Shown one piece after another: positions 35,901-50,444 of a stretch of 64,000 bases of DNA; the stretch's first letter is position 1; each line of letters starts with the position of its first letter. The stretch spans positions 1,736,001-1,800,000 of the forward strand of contig JBHGNT010000011.1 in NCBI GenBank assembly GCA_043228905.1, read 5' to 3'. The notes beneath the pieces were generated by a model. That model was given only the letters and a program-made list of their open reading frames with translations, ran no database searches and was not told where the DNA came from. The position numbers and the translations under genes were made by a program. The stretch comes from Azolla caroliniana. Lineage: Eukaryota; Plantae; Polypodiophyta.

Positions 35901-38345
35901 TTGGGATTCTGGTTGTATGCCTCAAGCTAGGAAGATTGGTCTAATTAAACTAGTTCCAAAGGTGGCATCTCCTGAGTCATTTCATCAATGGAGACCTATT
36001 TCTTTGATGGGGGGGTTGTACAAGATATTTACGAAGGTCTTGGCAAATAGATTACAAAAGTATTTGCCAAAGCTGATACACCCCGCCCAATATGGTTTTA
36101 TTGCAGGTAGAAATATATTGCATAATGTGTTGAATGTTCAAATGGCCATGGATTATGCTCAGAACACTCATCAAGAATTGATTATGGTGCAATTAGATTT
36201 GGAGAAAGCTTATGATCATGTTAATTGGTCTTTTGTTTCTGGGTTAATTCATACAATGGGCTTTGGACCTCGTATGTCTCGCCTCATATTTTTATTAGGA
36301 CAAGATGCAGTGTCTCGAGTAATGCTTAATGGGGAAGTTACATCAGATATTGCCCTCACAAGATCCGTTCGTCAAGGATGCCCTCTTAGCCCATTGTTGT
36401 TTGCTATTGTTACTCATCCTTTGTTAGTGATGCTATCAAGGCTTGCAATAAATGGTGACATTGTGGGTTTACACCTTCCGTCCGGAGGGCAAATAGTAGC
36501 ACAAGCTTTGGCGGATGATTCTTTCATGTTTTTACAAGCCTCACGGGAGAATCTTGAGAAGGGGATGCTTGTATGGAATCATTTTGCATTCGCTTCCAGA
36601 TTACATATTAATTGGAGGAAGTCTAGTCTCATATCATGCACTTAAAGGGATTTGGAATGTTTAGGATGGCAAGGATCCGTGGTGAAGAAAGGCTCTATTT
36701 TTCGATACTTGGGCTATCCATTAGGAATGAATGTTACAAATGGTCAATTGATTGAATGGATGTCTAGTAAGTTGAGGGATAAGTTCATGTATTGGAAGTC
36801 ACAATCTTGGCCATTTCATGTTCGCTTGAAGGTTGTATGGAACCCATGATATTATATTACTTGCCATTATTGCCATGGACAAAGAAGGCGTTGAAATTCT
36901 GTTTTGCAACCTCTTCAATATTTGTTGTGGAAGAAGAGGGATAAGATGGGAATCACATGGATTGCTTGGAATCATCTAGCAACCCCTAAGCGATTGGGGG
37001 GGGTTGGAATATTGAACTTATCTATGCATATGATGGCTCGTAGATTTTCATTATTACAAGACATGTGTTCAAACTCACAACCATGGATATCTATTGTTCG
37101 ATATTTCGTTGAGAACAAGGGGTTTAACACATGGGAGGACAACGATTAAGGCTTCATGGTGGCAATTACTGAATATGTATTTCACTTAGGATTCCGGGTT
37201 CTTCATGTGTTCAACACTTAGTCACCTCATGGCAAGAAGAACTCTTGTTATGTGTATGGAAACCATCATCTAGTAGAGAGCATTGTAACTCTTTGCAAAA
37301 AGAGTTACTTGTGTCTTCTCGGTTATTATGTTGGCCAAGAAAGGAGAGATTGCGTTCTCAATTTAATCGTTTGTTTCGTTTGGGGGTCAAAGAGGTGGGA
37401 GATATAGTTGAGGTTCCATCTCAAAGAATTTTGGAGTTTACTGAAGCACGACAATTATTATGCATCCCACCTAATTATGGGTTTATTTGGCAACAACTAC
37501 AAAATATTGCATTGATGCAATGTCCCTTACCTCTACAAACAAGAGAACAATCATGGATTGATTGGAGTTTAAGGGGTCAAACACCATTGTTACAAGTGAC
37601 TACTAATCTTTTGTATCGTTGTTCTGTTGAGTCTCTTGGATGGTTATCATCTAAGGCTGAAGAAGAATGGAAAATACACAAATCTGATCATGAGTGGTGG
37701 CAGATCTTACAACGTAGTTGGCATTCTAAATTGCCACTTGTTGCAAAGGTATTCATTTGGAGAGTTTTGATCGGAGGATTGCCTTTGGGATTAGCTTTAA
37801 AGCATCGTGGACTAGCAACAGGTACCTGCTTCTTTTGCACAGTTCAGATAGAAGATAGTACTCATCGATTTATACAATGTCCAATTGCTTGTCAAATTTG
37901 GAGTTACATTTCTCAAATTTGGCAAGTTTTATCACGGAGTTATTTGACACCTAGACAATGGGTGTTTGCACAATTTACACAAGCTGACCCAAAATCAGAG
38001 ATGGAGATTGTTTTCCTATTTCTGAGATATTGGGGATTGCGTCATAATTGGAACATGTGCAATGCTTTTGTATTCGATGGTAGACATGGAGTGAAAGCAT
38101 ATCTACGAAAGTTGAAGGGAGTACTAATGTGGCAATTTTCTTTATTGGAACAAGTGGAAATTCTTTCCTCGGTAGAGTGTTCGTCTTGCCAATTGGCAAT
38201 TCAACATGTTCCACTACCCATGTAGTGTAGTGTGGTTAGTGTGTGACCATACTCCATTGTCACACGTATTGTAAGTAGTGTTTTTCACACACATTTATTA
38301 ATATAATTGTGTGTTTTCACCAAAGAGAGAGAGAGAGAGAGAGAA
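32912..38345 (+). mobile_element. L1-clade LINE, near full length and degenerate (ORF1 ~32990-34425, ORF2 34439-38225)
   Basis: ORF1 RRM-like with knuckle CFGCGEWGHFMAEC. ORF2 MKVVTWNVRG, GDFN, SDHFPI, KSPGWDGL, WRPISL, LDLEKAYD, RQGCPLSP, ADD, zf-RVT CFFC...HRFIQC. Flanked by (AG)n. Confidence 0.93.
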
Positions 38346-38637
38346 GCAAGGTAGAATATTCGATTATGTAACTGGCATTGTATACCTTGACTAGGGTCAA
38401 GGTGAACCCTTGTATTTATACATGTTTGTGGGCTCTAAATGTAGTTCCATGTAGAGACCCATTTTCATGCACAAGCTTCTGGAATGTTCCAGCTTCTAAA
38501 AACTCCTAGCACGTGAATAGATAATCTATTAATAACATGACCATGTATTGGATGTGTTGGTTAAAACATAACAATTGATTATAATACAAGAGTTCAAGGG
38601 TTTGAATCTTGACATGACTATTGTCATGTCCATGACA
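38345..38637 (-). repeat. U3/R part of the chromovirus C LTR
   Basis: Ends CATGACA like the other chromovirus LTRs. On the minus strand, TATAAATA is followed by the inverted repeat ACCTTGAC-CCTA-GTCAAGGT. Degenerate B box GGTTTGAATCT. Confidence 0.65.
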
Positions 38638-39550
38638 TCTATCAAAGTTTATTAGTGAAGCTTATACCCTGAAGCTAGAAGTACATCATTTGAATGAAGT
38701 ATATGATTTTAAAGGCTTCTGCATGGATGGTGATGGGGCTCAATGTAGGGTTCTTACACCTCTTAATAATATAAGTGTTAACCACGTCTTCCTCATAAAA
38801 CGAAGTTCTGTGAGCCACAACATGATGATGTTGTATGCAAAACAATACTCATCTAGTTCATAATGGGAGCCACAAGAGGGTTATAGGCTATTACTTCATT
38901 TTCCAAATGTTGAAATCCACGGTGCAGAACAAATGTCATATGATGACCATAAAAAATTGGCTCCCAACGGCTCAATTGATGAGCAAAAGATATATTGGAT
39001 GTGATGCCTTGAAGAGAAACAGAAAAACATTGAGCACACCAAGAAGTATGCGGGTGATCATGATGTTGAATGGTGGAGTACTTTCTTTAACCACCAGCAT
39101 AAGGTTTTAAATATTAACTACATTGCCGAAGACTGGCCACTCCAAAATGTATTCACATGGAATATTGGTGTATCGTCAATGGTGTCAACTATGCACCATA
39201 AATCAATAGATAATATTGAACTCAATAATCTAGTTTGCCCACGATAGAGAAATATTTAGGTGGGACCAATAATATCGTGTACGGTAGAGGCAAGATGACA
39301 AGGCAATTTGCATGAGCTACAAGTTGGGATGTTGGTTGCAACATTAGCTGGGGATGATGAGTTGGGCCATCCCTTTTGGATTGTTAAAATTCTAGAAATA
39401 ATGAAGGATAAACAAGGCAATCAAGTTAGGTTTGGTGTGATTCATTGGTATCACACCTCTTCCCCTGATGCATTTACTAGAAAGTACTCTTTAGAGATGG
39501 TTAAGGACATCAAAGTCACAAGCAGAAAGAGAAGGAAGAATCTACTGAGC
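38638..39550 (+). pseudogene. Sola-like transposase relic, copy 2 (C-terminal half only)
   Basis: Colinear with 8420-9330 (LNNIS.NHVFLIK, YAKQYSS, GMLVATLAGDDELGHPFWIVKI...IHWY) but clearly diverged. Confidence 0.75.
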
Positions 39551-39551
39551 A

Positions 39552-39839
39552 TGTATAGTTCCCAAAATGCGACATATTACTTGTTTCAAATGTCTCGGTG
39601 TTACAGGGTCACATTGTAAACGTCGTCAGATAATGTGTGTAATGAGACTAGCTAGGCCTCATATTTATAGCCATACCTAAGGCCCCATGCAAGGTCACAC
39701 ATGGCCCTTATGGGTTGTCTCAATCCCTAGGATTAAAGTAATCATCCCTTCTTTACACTCTCGATTAACCCCCACGCTTTTATCCTTGTGTGCAACATAC
39801 AACAGTACCACATCATAAATTCTTGTCATGACCGTAACA
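39552..39839 (-). repeat. Possible solo LTR
   Basis: TGTA...TAACA termini and a minus-strand TATAAATA; interrupts the transposase homology. No clean TSD seen. Confidence 0.35.
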
Positions 39840-40392
39840 ACATTTCAAGTCTCAAATGAGCCAGAAAAGACAACTCTTGATAACCATGGTGGCTAGGTTT
39901 TGCTTAAATACATCAAATGGGCGCTTACACATGATTAGAAAAGCAAATTCTAAGTGTAGCAAAAGGAGAAAGTGTCCAAGCTACTATAAGAGGGTGCCCA
40001 AAACTATAGATGTAATAGGTCTACACATAATAGATTTTCCAACTTAAAATTCTAAGACTTAGATACATCTTTGTGCTACATTGGTTGACATTTATAGTGG
40101 TTTAGTGGGTCACCGTCTTGTCATTTGGCTTTAAACTTAGATACATTGGTCAACTAATCAATTATTGCTTGTAGCTTTAAAACGGTACCCTTCCTATTCT
40201 AGGGACCTTTATTTCCTATTTTGTATTATCTAATTCTATTTGGTATATACAATATGGTATTTTGTCCATGTTCAAAGCACTAGATGGCCAATAACATGTC
40301 GATGGCAAGTTGTCACAACTTATTAGAGCAATGGCTCGTTCATGAGTCATCCCCTATATTGTAGGCCAGGTAAATAATAACTAATGCATATT

Positions 40393-42135
40393 GACTCCCA
40401 AGTATGGTAGGCCTTGGCCTGACTCCTTGAATTGGTGCTGCACGAGTGGAGTCCCACCCAAGCTGGCTTGCCATCCAGAGGACAAGGTCGTGAACTCCAT
40501 CTTGCGGGCACGGTGCCATCTACGACAGCATTTGGTCAAGCACACCCCGGAGACATTGACCGAATGGACTAGACAGCCACTATTCTGGAATCCTCACGTG
40601 CGAACAAGTGACGACACGATGCTAGGGCAACTTAAGGGCCTAGCATGGGGAAAGTTGGCACAAACAAGCCTCTTATCTATAGATGATTGGAGACGCATGG
40701 CTATTTCAGGAAGAGCCCAAGAGGACCTTTTCCCTCCCCTCAAGGGAGCTACGAAAATGCAGAGACTAATAGTTGAGGCAGTTGATAGGGTTCCGATGGG
40801 GGAGGCAAGAGAACATGCATGGTTCAGTCTCTTTGATGAGGTTGGAATGGTCAAGTCGCTAAAGGGTGTGAGCGGATCGGGGAGAGATACAGTTTTTGGG
40901 GACAGTCAGAGCAGGGGCTCTTGGCACCCAATCCGAGTGGTGGCACAGGTTGATAACATCTGGAAGACAGACCCGGATGTTGCTAAGGTGGAACCCCATT
41001 GGAGGTTAAGGGTATACGGTTGTCGCGCCCTTGTCGATCTGGATTGGGACCCAGGGGATTTCAAATGGAAACATGACGATAGACTCCATCACTTCTTCAG
41101 TTACACCACTAAATTGGTCGGACTTTGCAGTTGCAGCTAGGCGGCCCCCTTCGCAAGGGCTGGCGAACATTGGGCATCCCCGATGAGGCGCTCATTACCT
41201 TTTGGAAGGGTCTCTGGCGTCTCCACATGCCTGAAAAGATCAAGCTCTTTTGGTGGCAGATCGGTCATAATGTGGTGCCCGTTGGCAAATGGCTAGATAA
41301 ACGTGGCGGCCCATTAGGCTGCCCACTATGCTCTCGACCTATTGAGACTCTGAGACATTGTCTGTGGGATTGCCCTCAAGCTCAAAAGGTCTGGGATAGA
41401 GTGACTCGCCTCCTTGCGGCATGTGAAGTTGAAGGAACAGCCTAGCAGAGCGTTGCGGCATGGATTGATCACTCGGTCGAAGGGTGGACGGACGTCGTCA
41501 ATGCGGATAGTTGGTGCTATGTATGCACGAGAGGCAAAATCGTCAAGATCCGTTTTGAAAGAGGCTTGCAGCCCGCATCCCCTAGGTTTCCGAAAATCTG
41601 GATGTTGATCGCAGGTTTCACCTTGTGATATATATGGAAAGCGCGTTGCCTCAAGGTTTTCCAAGGTACAGTAAGGCCCCCAGAGGAAGTGATCATGGAC
41701 ATATGGTTCGCGCTTATCAGTTGCCTACGAGGGCAACTGGAAGAGGTTTGCAGCCACTCCAACGACGTGGTCACTGCCCGTTTGCGCTTTTGGCAGAAAT
41801 GGTGGAACACACCTATGGTGATGCAAGGCGGGAGTGGCCCGAGGTGGAACTACCAGGCCCCACATTGGTTGTTTCCTACTCACCTGCCACCCTCTCTTCG
41901 TTGTAGGCCCCAAGAGCTGACTCGTACTAGGCAACATTGAGGCATCGCCTTGGATATAGGTAGCTTCTTACATTAAGTTAAGCCGCAAGGCATTGTAAGT
42001 AGGCTCGTCTTCTTTTACTTGATCGGAGGAAGACTCCCCGATGTGTGTATAAGTCTCCTTGTAGACTCTCTATGTAATAATCCTTCCTAACTAATGGGAA
42101 AGTAGCTTCATTTTGAAAAATAATAATAATAATAA
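40393..42135 (+). mobile_element. 5'-truncated L1-clade LINE (ORF2 C-terminus with zf-RVT)
   Basis: KIKLFWWQ...CPLCSRPIETLRHCLWDCPQAQKVW; (AAT)n tail; TSD TAATGCATATT (40382-40392 and 42136-42146). Confidence 0.9.
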
Positions 42136-45100
42136 TAATGCATATTACCTACATAAATGATTGAATATGGTAATTCCTTTGGTTGAAATCCTACAATTCA
42201 ACAAATCCTCGATAATGAGATATTGATTAAACAATTTTAAAAATTCAAACTTCAATCTTGATCCATACACTTATTGGAAATGGGTTTTGGAAAAAATGAT
42301 GAATCAAAAGGTGTAATCGAATCATTCTTGACATGCAATAATTTACCATCCTACACTTTCTCTCAATAAAATTGTTAACACTTGTTCCATATTCCATACA
42401 TCGTTTAGGATTCACCACTCTTTTTTCCCTTTGATCATTACTACCGTCCACACAATAACACTCCCTTGCACCACTAATACATCACAAATAGTCTCAAAGA
42501 ATTGTTACATATCGATGAGAAAATACAACCGCAATCATGTTAGCATTATTTTTATTGTAATCCTTAGTGTGTTCGAAGGCATGAACAACACTAACGTAAA
42601 TTCATGGACAAGATTTGCATGTAATTTACATATATTAGGAAGCACACAATCTTACCACTAAGGAAGGATATGTTACATGATATACTATTGAACAACCACA
42701 TGTTAAGACTTATAGACTATAGATAGTTACTCACTAATGGAAACTAGATTGGGTTATCAACTACTCAATCTTCCTCATTTGTTAAGTGAAGGTCTAATGG
42801 TGTACCTTGTTGGAACGAAAGGCTTGTTTCCTTGGGTGGAAGTTATTGCACATTCTATAATTAGAAATAGACATGAGACGATATGCGACAAGGCGTCTAT
42901 CACCACTCAAATGTGCACTCTCTTCCTTACTCTCTTAAATATCTTCATCGGGAGCTCCGTAGAAAGTGTGTGAAAGTTTAGAAGTGCTCAAAGAACCTTT
43001 CATCTCAATAATGCAAAAGCTAAATTCTTGACAAAATTAAAATGAAGATGCGTCCACAATGTGAGTTTGTTATCCAAATGAACGCTATTAAGTCTATGAA
43101 GAGTACTCACTATTGAGCCCATGATTTTATTTTTCTATTTTGGTTACTTTGTCAATGCTCCACGGTTATTTCCTTTCCCCATTTTCATCGTTCTTCCTTT
43201 TCGGTTTTTCTTTCTTCCTTACTTTACCCTTCAATGTATCATACTTTTATCTCTAAAACTTTATAGGGTTAGAATGTGTTGTTTTACTAAATTGTTAATC
43301 TCTTCCTCCTATATTTATGTATTTTGAGCCTCCTCATAAGCTTCTTCTTTGTTGCTCCTTTCGTACATGTCATTGTCGTTGTGAGTCCTTTTCCGTTTTA
43401 TAGGGAAAGACTAATGTTTTCCATTTACTAGGTTGTAGAATCTGAATATTTAAACATGGTTTCTAGTGAAAAGTGAAATTTTCTCATGTAATGATCTTAA
43501 TGTAAAAACACGAATGATTGTATAGACCCATTGCTTAGACTTGAACCCCCAATTTTAAAACAATAAAGCATACATGTTAAATTATAATTTAATGGATTTA
43601 TACATATGAAGTTGTACATTAGCATATAATGTCTCATTTTTGTCGCTTAATTGCCTCCTACCAAGTTATTTGTTGAAATGAATGTATTTGCATACGGTCA
43701 TCCTCAATAAGTTCACTCTTGCACAATTTGAATGCCACCAATGAATCACTCTTGCAATTGTAGTTCTTTTGTTTTTTTTTTCCAAAAATGTAGTTCTTTT
43801 GTTTATTCATGCCACTAGTGTCTCATCCACCTAATTTATTCCTTCTTTCCTCACTAGCAATGGTATGCAAGACTCAATTGCAACCCAACATCAACAAATA
43901 TTGCACCATTGAAAGGAATAATCAAATGCATATACTTGCCAAACCAAAATGATTACAGTGCCTTTGGAAACCATAGAGATGGATCTATAGAAAGGGATTG
44001 TGATCAGCTAAATGTGGTGGAGGTGAATTGGTGGTGTTTGGGACTATAATGAATGCAACATTACAAGTAATAGTCAAAGTCATGTTCCTTTACTAATCAA
44101 CCATGTTTGTGCTACTACTAGAGAGCATAGAGTCAAATCTTATAGAAAAGGAGCATGAGTGGTTAATCGTAGTGGAGGTGAATTTATGGCACTTCAAACA
44201 AAATTAACAAAGTTGTCATTTTAACATCGGCATCATTGACAACACAATGTAATGGTGGAAATTCATGTGATGTGTCACACCATGATAGGTCTTTTAACAA
44301 TAACTAAAGTATTATTTGATGATTACCTTGAATGGTGCCTTCTTGTCATTGATGCTCTTCAATAGGTCTAGGATCCTCAATATCACTTCTTGGTGATCTT
44401 TTCATAACACAATATACTCAATGTCAACAAGCAACTTAGATGGCTTTGATGATTTCCTTCCTTGATACAATCTTCGTAACTTGTTTTTATTGCTTTATAA
44501 GTTTGGAATAATCAGTTACTCCTTTTAATAAATAGTGTGCATGCTCCAAGTTGATGATCACACTCCACTCATCTCCAAACTCAATTGTTGTGCTTAGCAA
44601 GGAAACAAGGCATCAATGAATACTACCATCTTCTTTGCTTTATAAATAACCCACTCTAGAACTTGGTTTGCACACTTTGCTACTATCCACAAAATGAAAG
44701 TACTTCCAAATATTAGGTTTATTATGTTGTCTCCTCTCCTTATTGATGGCCTTGATCACAATGACATTGAATGTAGTTTTGAGACTTGTACCTCAAATAT
44801 CAATATCTAATAGAGTTATTCGTCAAGAATTTTCATGCTCCCTCTAACTTGTGCGCAAAACGTTGAGGTAGCAAGTTTGAGTGCTTATTAAATTTTTACC
44901 ATTTCTAGTTGGGTCTAGTATTAATTTGGAACATTTGGAAAATCCTTTGACTTTGCAAACAATTCCAACCTTGCATATGTTCAAGAAGATTCCAACATCA
45001 TCAACTCAAGTACAAATAGAAGTTTTAGGTTACAAAACTTGTATCTTACAAATGCCAATTGTCACACCTAGTTATGAATAGCCCTCAAGGTAAGGTTTCT

Positions 45101-45901
45101 CCAACGCTTATAGCATTAAGGTCATGCAAGTTATAATTATCGTGCCTATATGTCATCTTTTTCTCGAACCTACACATCGAACTAACATTGTCATTCATGT
45201 TAATGTATTCTAAGTATTGTGAGATCCACGATTATCTATAATCAAGCTCAATATCAAGTTATGTTCACATACATTACCATTTAATAAAAAAATGGTCTAT
45301 CATGTTGTGAATGGAGAAACGTGCAAAAACAATAAGTATTATTACTATATGTCAAAAGTTTGGTGAAAGAGACCATCGGAAGAATCTTTGAACATTTTGT
45401 GGAACTCGACACCCATGCAAGGATGAAAAAACCATGATGCATGTCAAAAAGAGATAATACTATTTTCATCAGACAAGAGAGCTCTACAATACTATATAAT
45501 GAGCAAGAGAGTACATTATCGAGTTTGCTTATTTTAGGAATCATGTGGTAGTGAAATGCAAAGGTGCATGGGAGGCCTATAACAACAAGGGGACATAGTC
45601 GTCAATCGTAGACTCACAAACCAAAACTTAACGATGTTCCCCCAAAACGCATTCTCATCCTTGTATCTTGTGGCCCTGTGTAAAAAGGTTGAAATTGTTG
45701 TAAAAACTTGTGTCATTTGGATTCTCTTCCCCCAAACTTAATCGAGCCTAGACTTCACACCCAATCTACCTCCTATTTCTACCTTTCACATACATCCCCA
45801 CCCAAAAAGAGCTTTGCTCACGTATAGAAGCAAGGAATTTATCTTCCCACAATACCCTTGAGCTCCATGATTCCTAAACACACTTAGATATAAGCACATA
45901 A

Positions 45902-45939
45902 AAAAACCAACACTCTCTTTCTCTTAGCTACATCCATTT

Positions 45940-45992
<53 letters not shown>

Positions 45993-46020
45993 CCAACACT
46001 CTCTTTCTCTTAGCTACATC

Positions 46021-46070
<50 letters not shown>
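45902..46070. repeat. Tandem duplication of a ~35-bp unit, each copy followed by (CT)n
   Basis: AAACCAACACTCTCTTTCTCTTAGCTACATCCATT occurs twice. Confidence 0.85.
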
Positions 46071-46074
<4 letters not shown>

Positions 46075-46077
46075 GTA

Positions 46078-46150
46078 ATTGGCTTACCCTAGTGGTAAGT
46101 CGATAACACTACAAGCATTGTGTCTTGGGTTCGAAACCCAATTTCCTCAC
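46078..46150 (+). other. tRNA-derived segment (SINE head or tRNA pseudogene)
   Basis: A-box-like TACCCTAGTGG and a perfect T-arm TTGGG-TTCGAAA-CCCAA; acceptor and anticodon stems degenerate. Confidence 0.55.
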
Positions 46151-46899
46151 CTTTCTATTATATACTTCATATATATCTCTATTTCACACACACACATTTG
46201 GATTACTAAATACTCTTACATATGCATGCTTGCTCATGCCCAAAACCCTAATTGTTCCATTATACATTCACATGCACATGTGAATTACCATGACAATGGT
46301 CCAAATGACGTAGTATTGCATGATACTTTTGAGATCAAATAATCATGGTGAGGTTGAGTGTGGGAAATGTGCATTGTTCATTTTCCCCTCATGTAAACAA
46401 CATCAAAGATGACACTTGTTTTAAAGAGCCAAGCTTGCATTTGAATTATTCAAATTCATGGATAACGCAAGCATTCATTGAAATACATATAACATTGGGC
46501 TCAATCTATATGTCATTATTATGGATCATTCTTAGTCATTCGCAACCTTCCCTTGAAGTTTTTTCCAAAAGTTAAACCTAAGGCCTTGTGCTTGAACCAT
46601 ATCATTGTATGTTTAGCCTATATTGATAGCCTCCTCCAAACTAGATGTTGGTTCCTTCGTGAAGATTTTATTGCAATAATTTACATTGATTAGCCACAAA
46701 TACATGTGGAATTTGTTTGTATTTATCTTACTCTTTGAATCAGCATTATATGTAAAGGAGTGTCATTCCATGGAGCATGGCCCAAGTTAATATCCCAATA
46801 TTGATGCCATTCAATTAAAGGAATAAATTCCTTTAAAAGGAAGATCATGAAATCAATTGGTGTAAGACTGCACCTCACAAAGACTCGTCCACCGTTTGT

Positions 46900-49000
46900 A
46901 TGCATGGCATGTAGGAGATAAGCTAGTCTCGAGGAGTTGTCGCAATTCCCAAGTATTTAGAAGATGAACACTTAGACAAGAAGAAATTTCACAATATATT
47001 TGCCTATCTCCTTATAGCCGCCCCCAAAAAGTAAGGGTTTTCATATTCTCGAGAATACAATTATTTCCATGGTCGTCATGGTGGACTAGAATCTATAAAT
47101 CGTAATTAATGCATTTGACTTTGTTTTCTAGTGAACCAACATATTTTCAATGTATGATTGTTACAAAATCTAAGTGTTCATAATCATCCACGTGGCACGA
47201 GCATGGGTAGGTTCTTACTAAACATGAGTTCCCATGAGATAGATTTATTTATGACATTGACATATTGGAATCATTGAGATGGAAACCAAAACATGTTTAT
47301 TGTTGTATAATTGGCCATTTGATCAAACATCTTAAATCTCTTTGATTTTTTAAGAATTATCCTAACTAGCACCTATGCATAGATGATTTTAAATTGAGGA
47401 ACATTGGGTGTATATTTGATGTGTTTACTTTAACGATGAGGTGCAAATTTGCATTTTTTAACCTTAATGCATTATTGGTACATTATTCAAATATCTATCT
47501 ATTTACAAGTATTTCCATACATTTTTTCAAGGTTGTATTGTGATGGTTATTGTGGTAGCTAGTTTTTTATGGCTCTTCGCAAGATGCTTGTACATGGTTG
47601 TTATCTCCGAAGAAAGTCGAATTTTCACTTTCATTGCTCATTGTCGTCTAGGTATGTACACCAATCTCATTAAGAATGCCATATTGTATGGTGTACTACA
47701 TTATCTCGTGACTTATGGATGTTGATTTCAACTTGTCGCAATTAACACTGAACCATAAAAACCCCAAATTATGGGAGTTTTTTCTTGATGAAAATTCTTG
47801 GACTTTATTATTGTTGATGGTATGCATATTTCCGTTGGGCACATCAATAGGTGGCAATGAATGCATATGTTCAAGCCTTTATCTTTAAGATTTTAATCTA
47901 AAATTGTTTACATCTATTAAGAAAAAGGTAATTGGTTTTTAATGCATAAAATACATGGTTGGCCTCGTTTTAGTTGTTGGGCTTCGTAGGTTATTCCATC
48001 ATAATGTTGGATAGTTTTGTGTTTATTTGCTTGATATACTCCTCTTTGGAGAGTTGGTGACATTTGTTAGGTGGATGGTTCATCATTATTTTATTGAAAC
48101 ATATATATTTTTCTCTTCAACTCCCTAATTTCGAATAGCTTTGAAACTCATTCTTGATGGGTATCATGCTGCTATTGTGGCACTTGCATGTTGTTGGTAT
48201 ACTTCTTAGCTATTTCATGTTCATATATACCAACTAGTAAGCTTTCATATTGTGCCCACTCAATTGAAATGTTATTGAAAAGATGTCTGACACAATAACT
48301 TTTCATATAGGATATTTTTACAATCTATCCAATGTGAGATACGTTAAAATCCTATGGAACCTATGAGATGTAGCCTCTAAATTAAAGCCGCCATAAAAGT
48401 TCACACACACCCATGTTTTACCACAACAAATTTGGAGATGATTGTACATATAGTGTACAAATTGATATCTTCCCAACTTGGTGCTACAGTGAAAAACTTG
48501 AACCCACCCGATGGTGTTTGTGTAGTAGTGGATGCCCACTTAATGTAATATATACTCCCGATTGTTTCCTAGAATGGAAATGGAGGGCATTGGTAACCAC
48601 AATAGATGATTACACCATGTGAATGTATAGAATTAATTGTTGGCCCATGATGCGAGAGTCATTATAACAAGGCCATGTTGTCCACCTTAAGCATTGAGAA
48701 TCAAAATGTATGAAAATGTAATACATATCAACAAACCACAACACAATAATACAAACATATGTCCTATTAGGAGCCATGCATGGAACGAGAGGTGCAAAAG
48801 AGGTGTGCACATACCCTCACAACTGTAAATCTCCCTTGAAATAATATAGCATTTATCATCCTCTCCATCTCAAAACAAACCTCCCCTACCATAAGGAGCA
48901 ACAAATACTGAAACACCCACTTATGAAAATGAAGTAAACGATTGTATGTGTGGGCCAAATAAGGTGGACCACGGTACCCTTTCGCTCAATAAGCGATTTA
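46900..49000 (-). pseudogene. Highly decayed Ty3/gypsy pol relic (boundaries uncertain)
   Basis: Only faint traces, e.g. GKTWVCVNF..FNLEAT resembling GKxRVCVDYRxLNxAT near 48370-48430. Confidence 0.3.
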
Positions 49001-50444
49001 AATAAGTTAAAAAAGTCTGTGAAGTATAGTTAAAACTCTCAATGTCATTCTACATCTATTCCACCAATAGGATGGAGGTAGTTGCACTTGGTGTTAAGGT
49101 TCTCCTACACCTCTTCCCCCTCATCCTTGTTGTAAGAGATGGTCCATACATCGTTCTTTATCTTTTCATTGCTATTGTTTAGACTTGCCATTGATGGTTG
49201 CAATGATACCCATATGTTGTATTCCATAGTATTATTAGATTTAGCCCACATGAAGCAAAAACTTAGACCATTTGAGAGATTGCATTTATTTTGTCAAAAG
49301 AGTAGAGAGAGTTATTCGATATTGCTTTTTTTTTTGTATGAGGAACTAAGTTTCACCATTCATGAGCTCGATGATGTTGCAATACTTTCATTGTTAGAGT
49401 CGAATACTTAACCAACCTATTGCATGAATGACTATTGTAAATTTTTATATTATTTCCCATAAAAACCTTGAATAAGCTTATTAAATTGATTCATTCAAGC
49501 ATTTATTGCAAACATTGTGGATATAGTGTATGCTCTTCCGGTCACAATATCAATAAGTTTACTGCATGTTTTTTTCCACCAAATGCACTAAGCAACAAAG
49601 CCATCAAAAGTTCTAGACTTCGCCATAACCCTTTTCTTGTCCCACAACACCTAGGCACCATCACCAATAGATAAGTGGCTGCAACCAAGACTTTATACCC
49701 CACATCATGCTACCATAAAGTAGAGAAAGTCCTTGAGAGTCTTCGCATCTCTTTCCCCATCATAAGGATTTATCTTTTTAGGTTTGATTATAACCTCAGA
49801 AAGTAGTGCCTAATGTACCCCATCTATTCTACCTAGTCATTTTACTCCTCAATTCGTGAAGCATTCAATTCAATAACACCAACCAATCCCAAAAAACATA
49901 TACTTATGAGCATTGTGTTTTAAAGAGGAATGCTAATGCTGTAAAGCTCATTTTTAGGAGTGAATGTGTTAACGTGAGATACAAGTATGAAAGAGTTTTT
50001 ATAATGAGTATAACATCGAACCAATGGAGTTGTTGTAATGAATACAACATCAAACCAATTGCTCGAGACTTAAACCCAATCTATTTGGATTTTACAATGC
50101 AAGTAGTGTTGCCTCATCAAAATTTATGAGGTCTGAAGTACCTTCTCTGGTGCATAAAGTCTAAATGCTTTCACATTGTGATTTAGCATAGGTGTCTTGC
50201 TTTTACATGTTTTGCTCCTCCAACTATACATTTGAAAGTAAAACATGCACTTGTTTAACACCATCCTTTTCTCATGAGACCTTGTCAACTATCCATGAGT
50301 CTATTCGGCATTTTATCCTAGAATTATTAATGTTCAATGTTTCGATCTCCATGGGTCACTCGATCTATTCTATTTATATTTGCACATAATGTCGAGTTAT
50401 GAGACAATAAGCTCTTGATATTATATTGACTTTGACACTACTCT

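Noticed and set aside
42150-46900. Specific TE or gene calls in the AT-rich block
   Set aside because: Looks like heavily decayed TE sequence, but no motif is clear enough to name.
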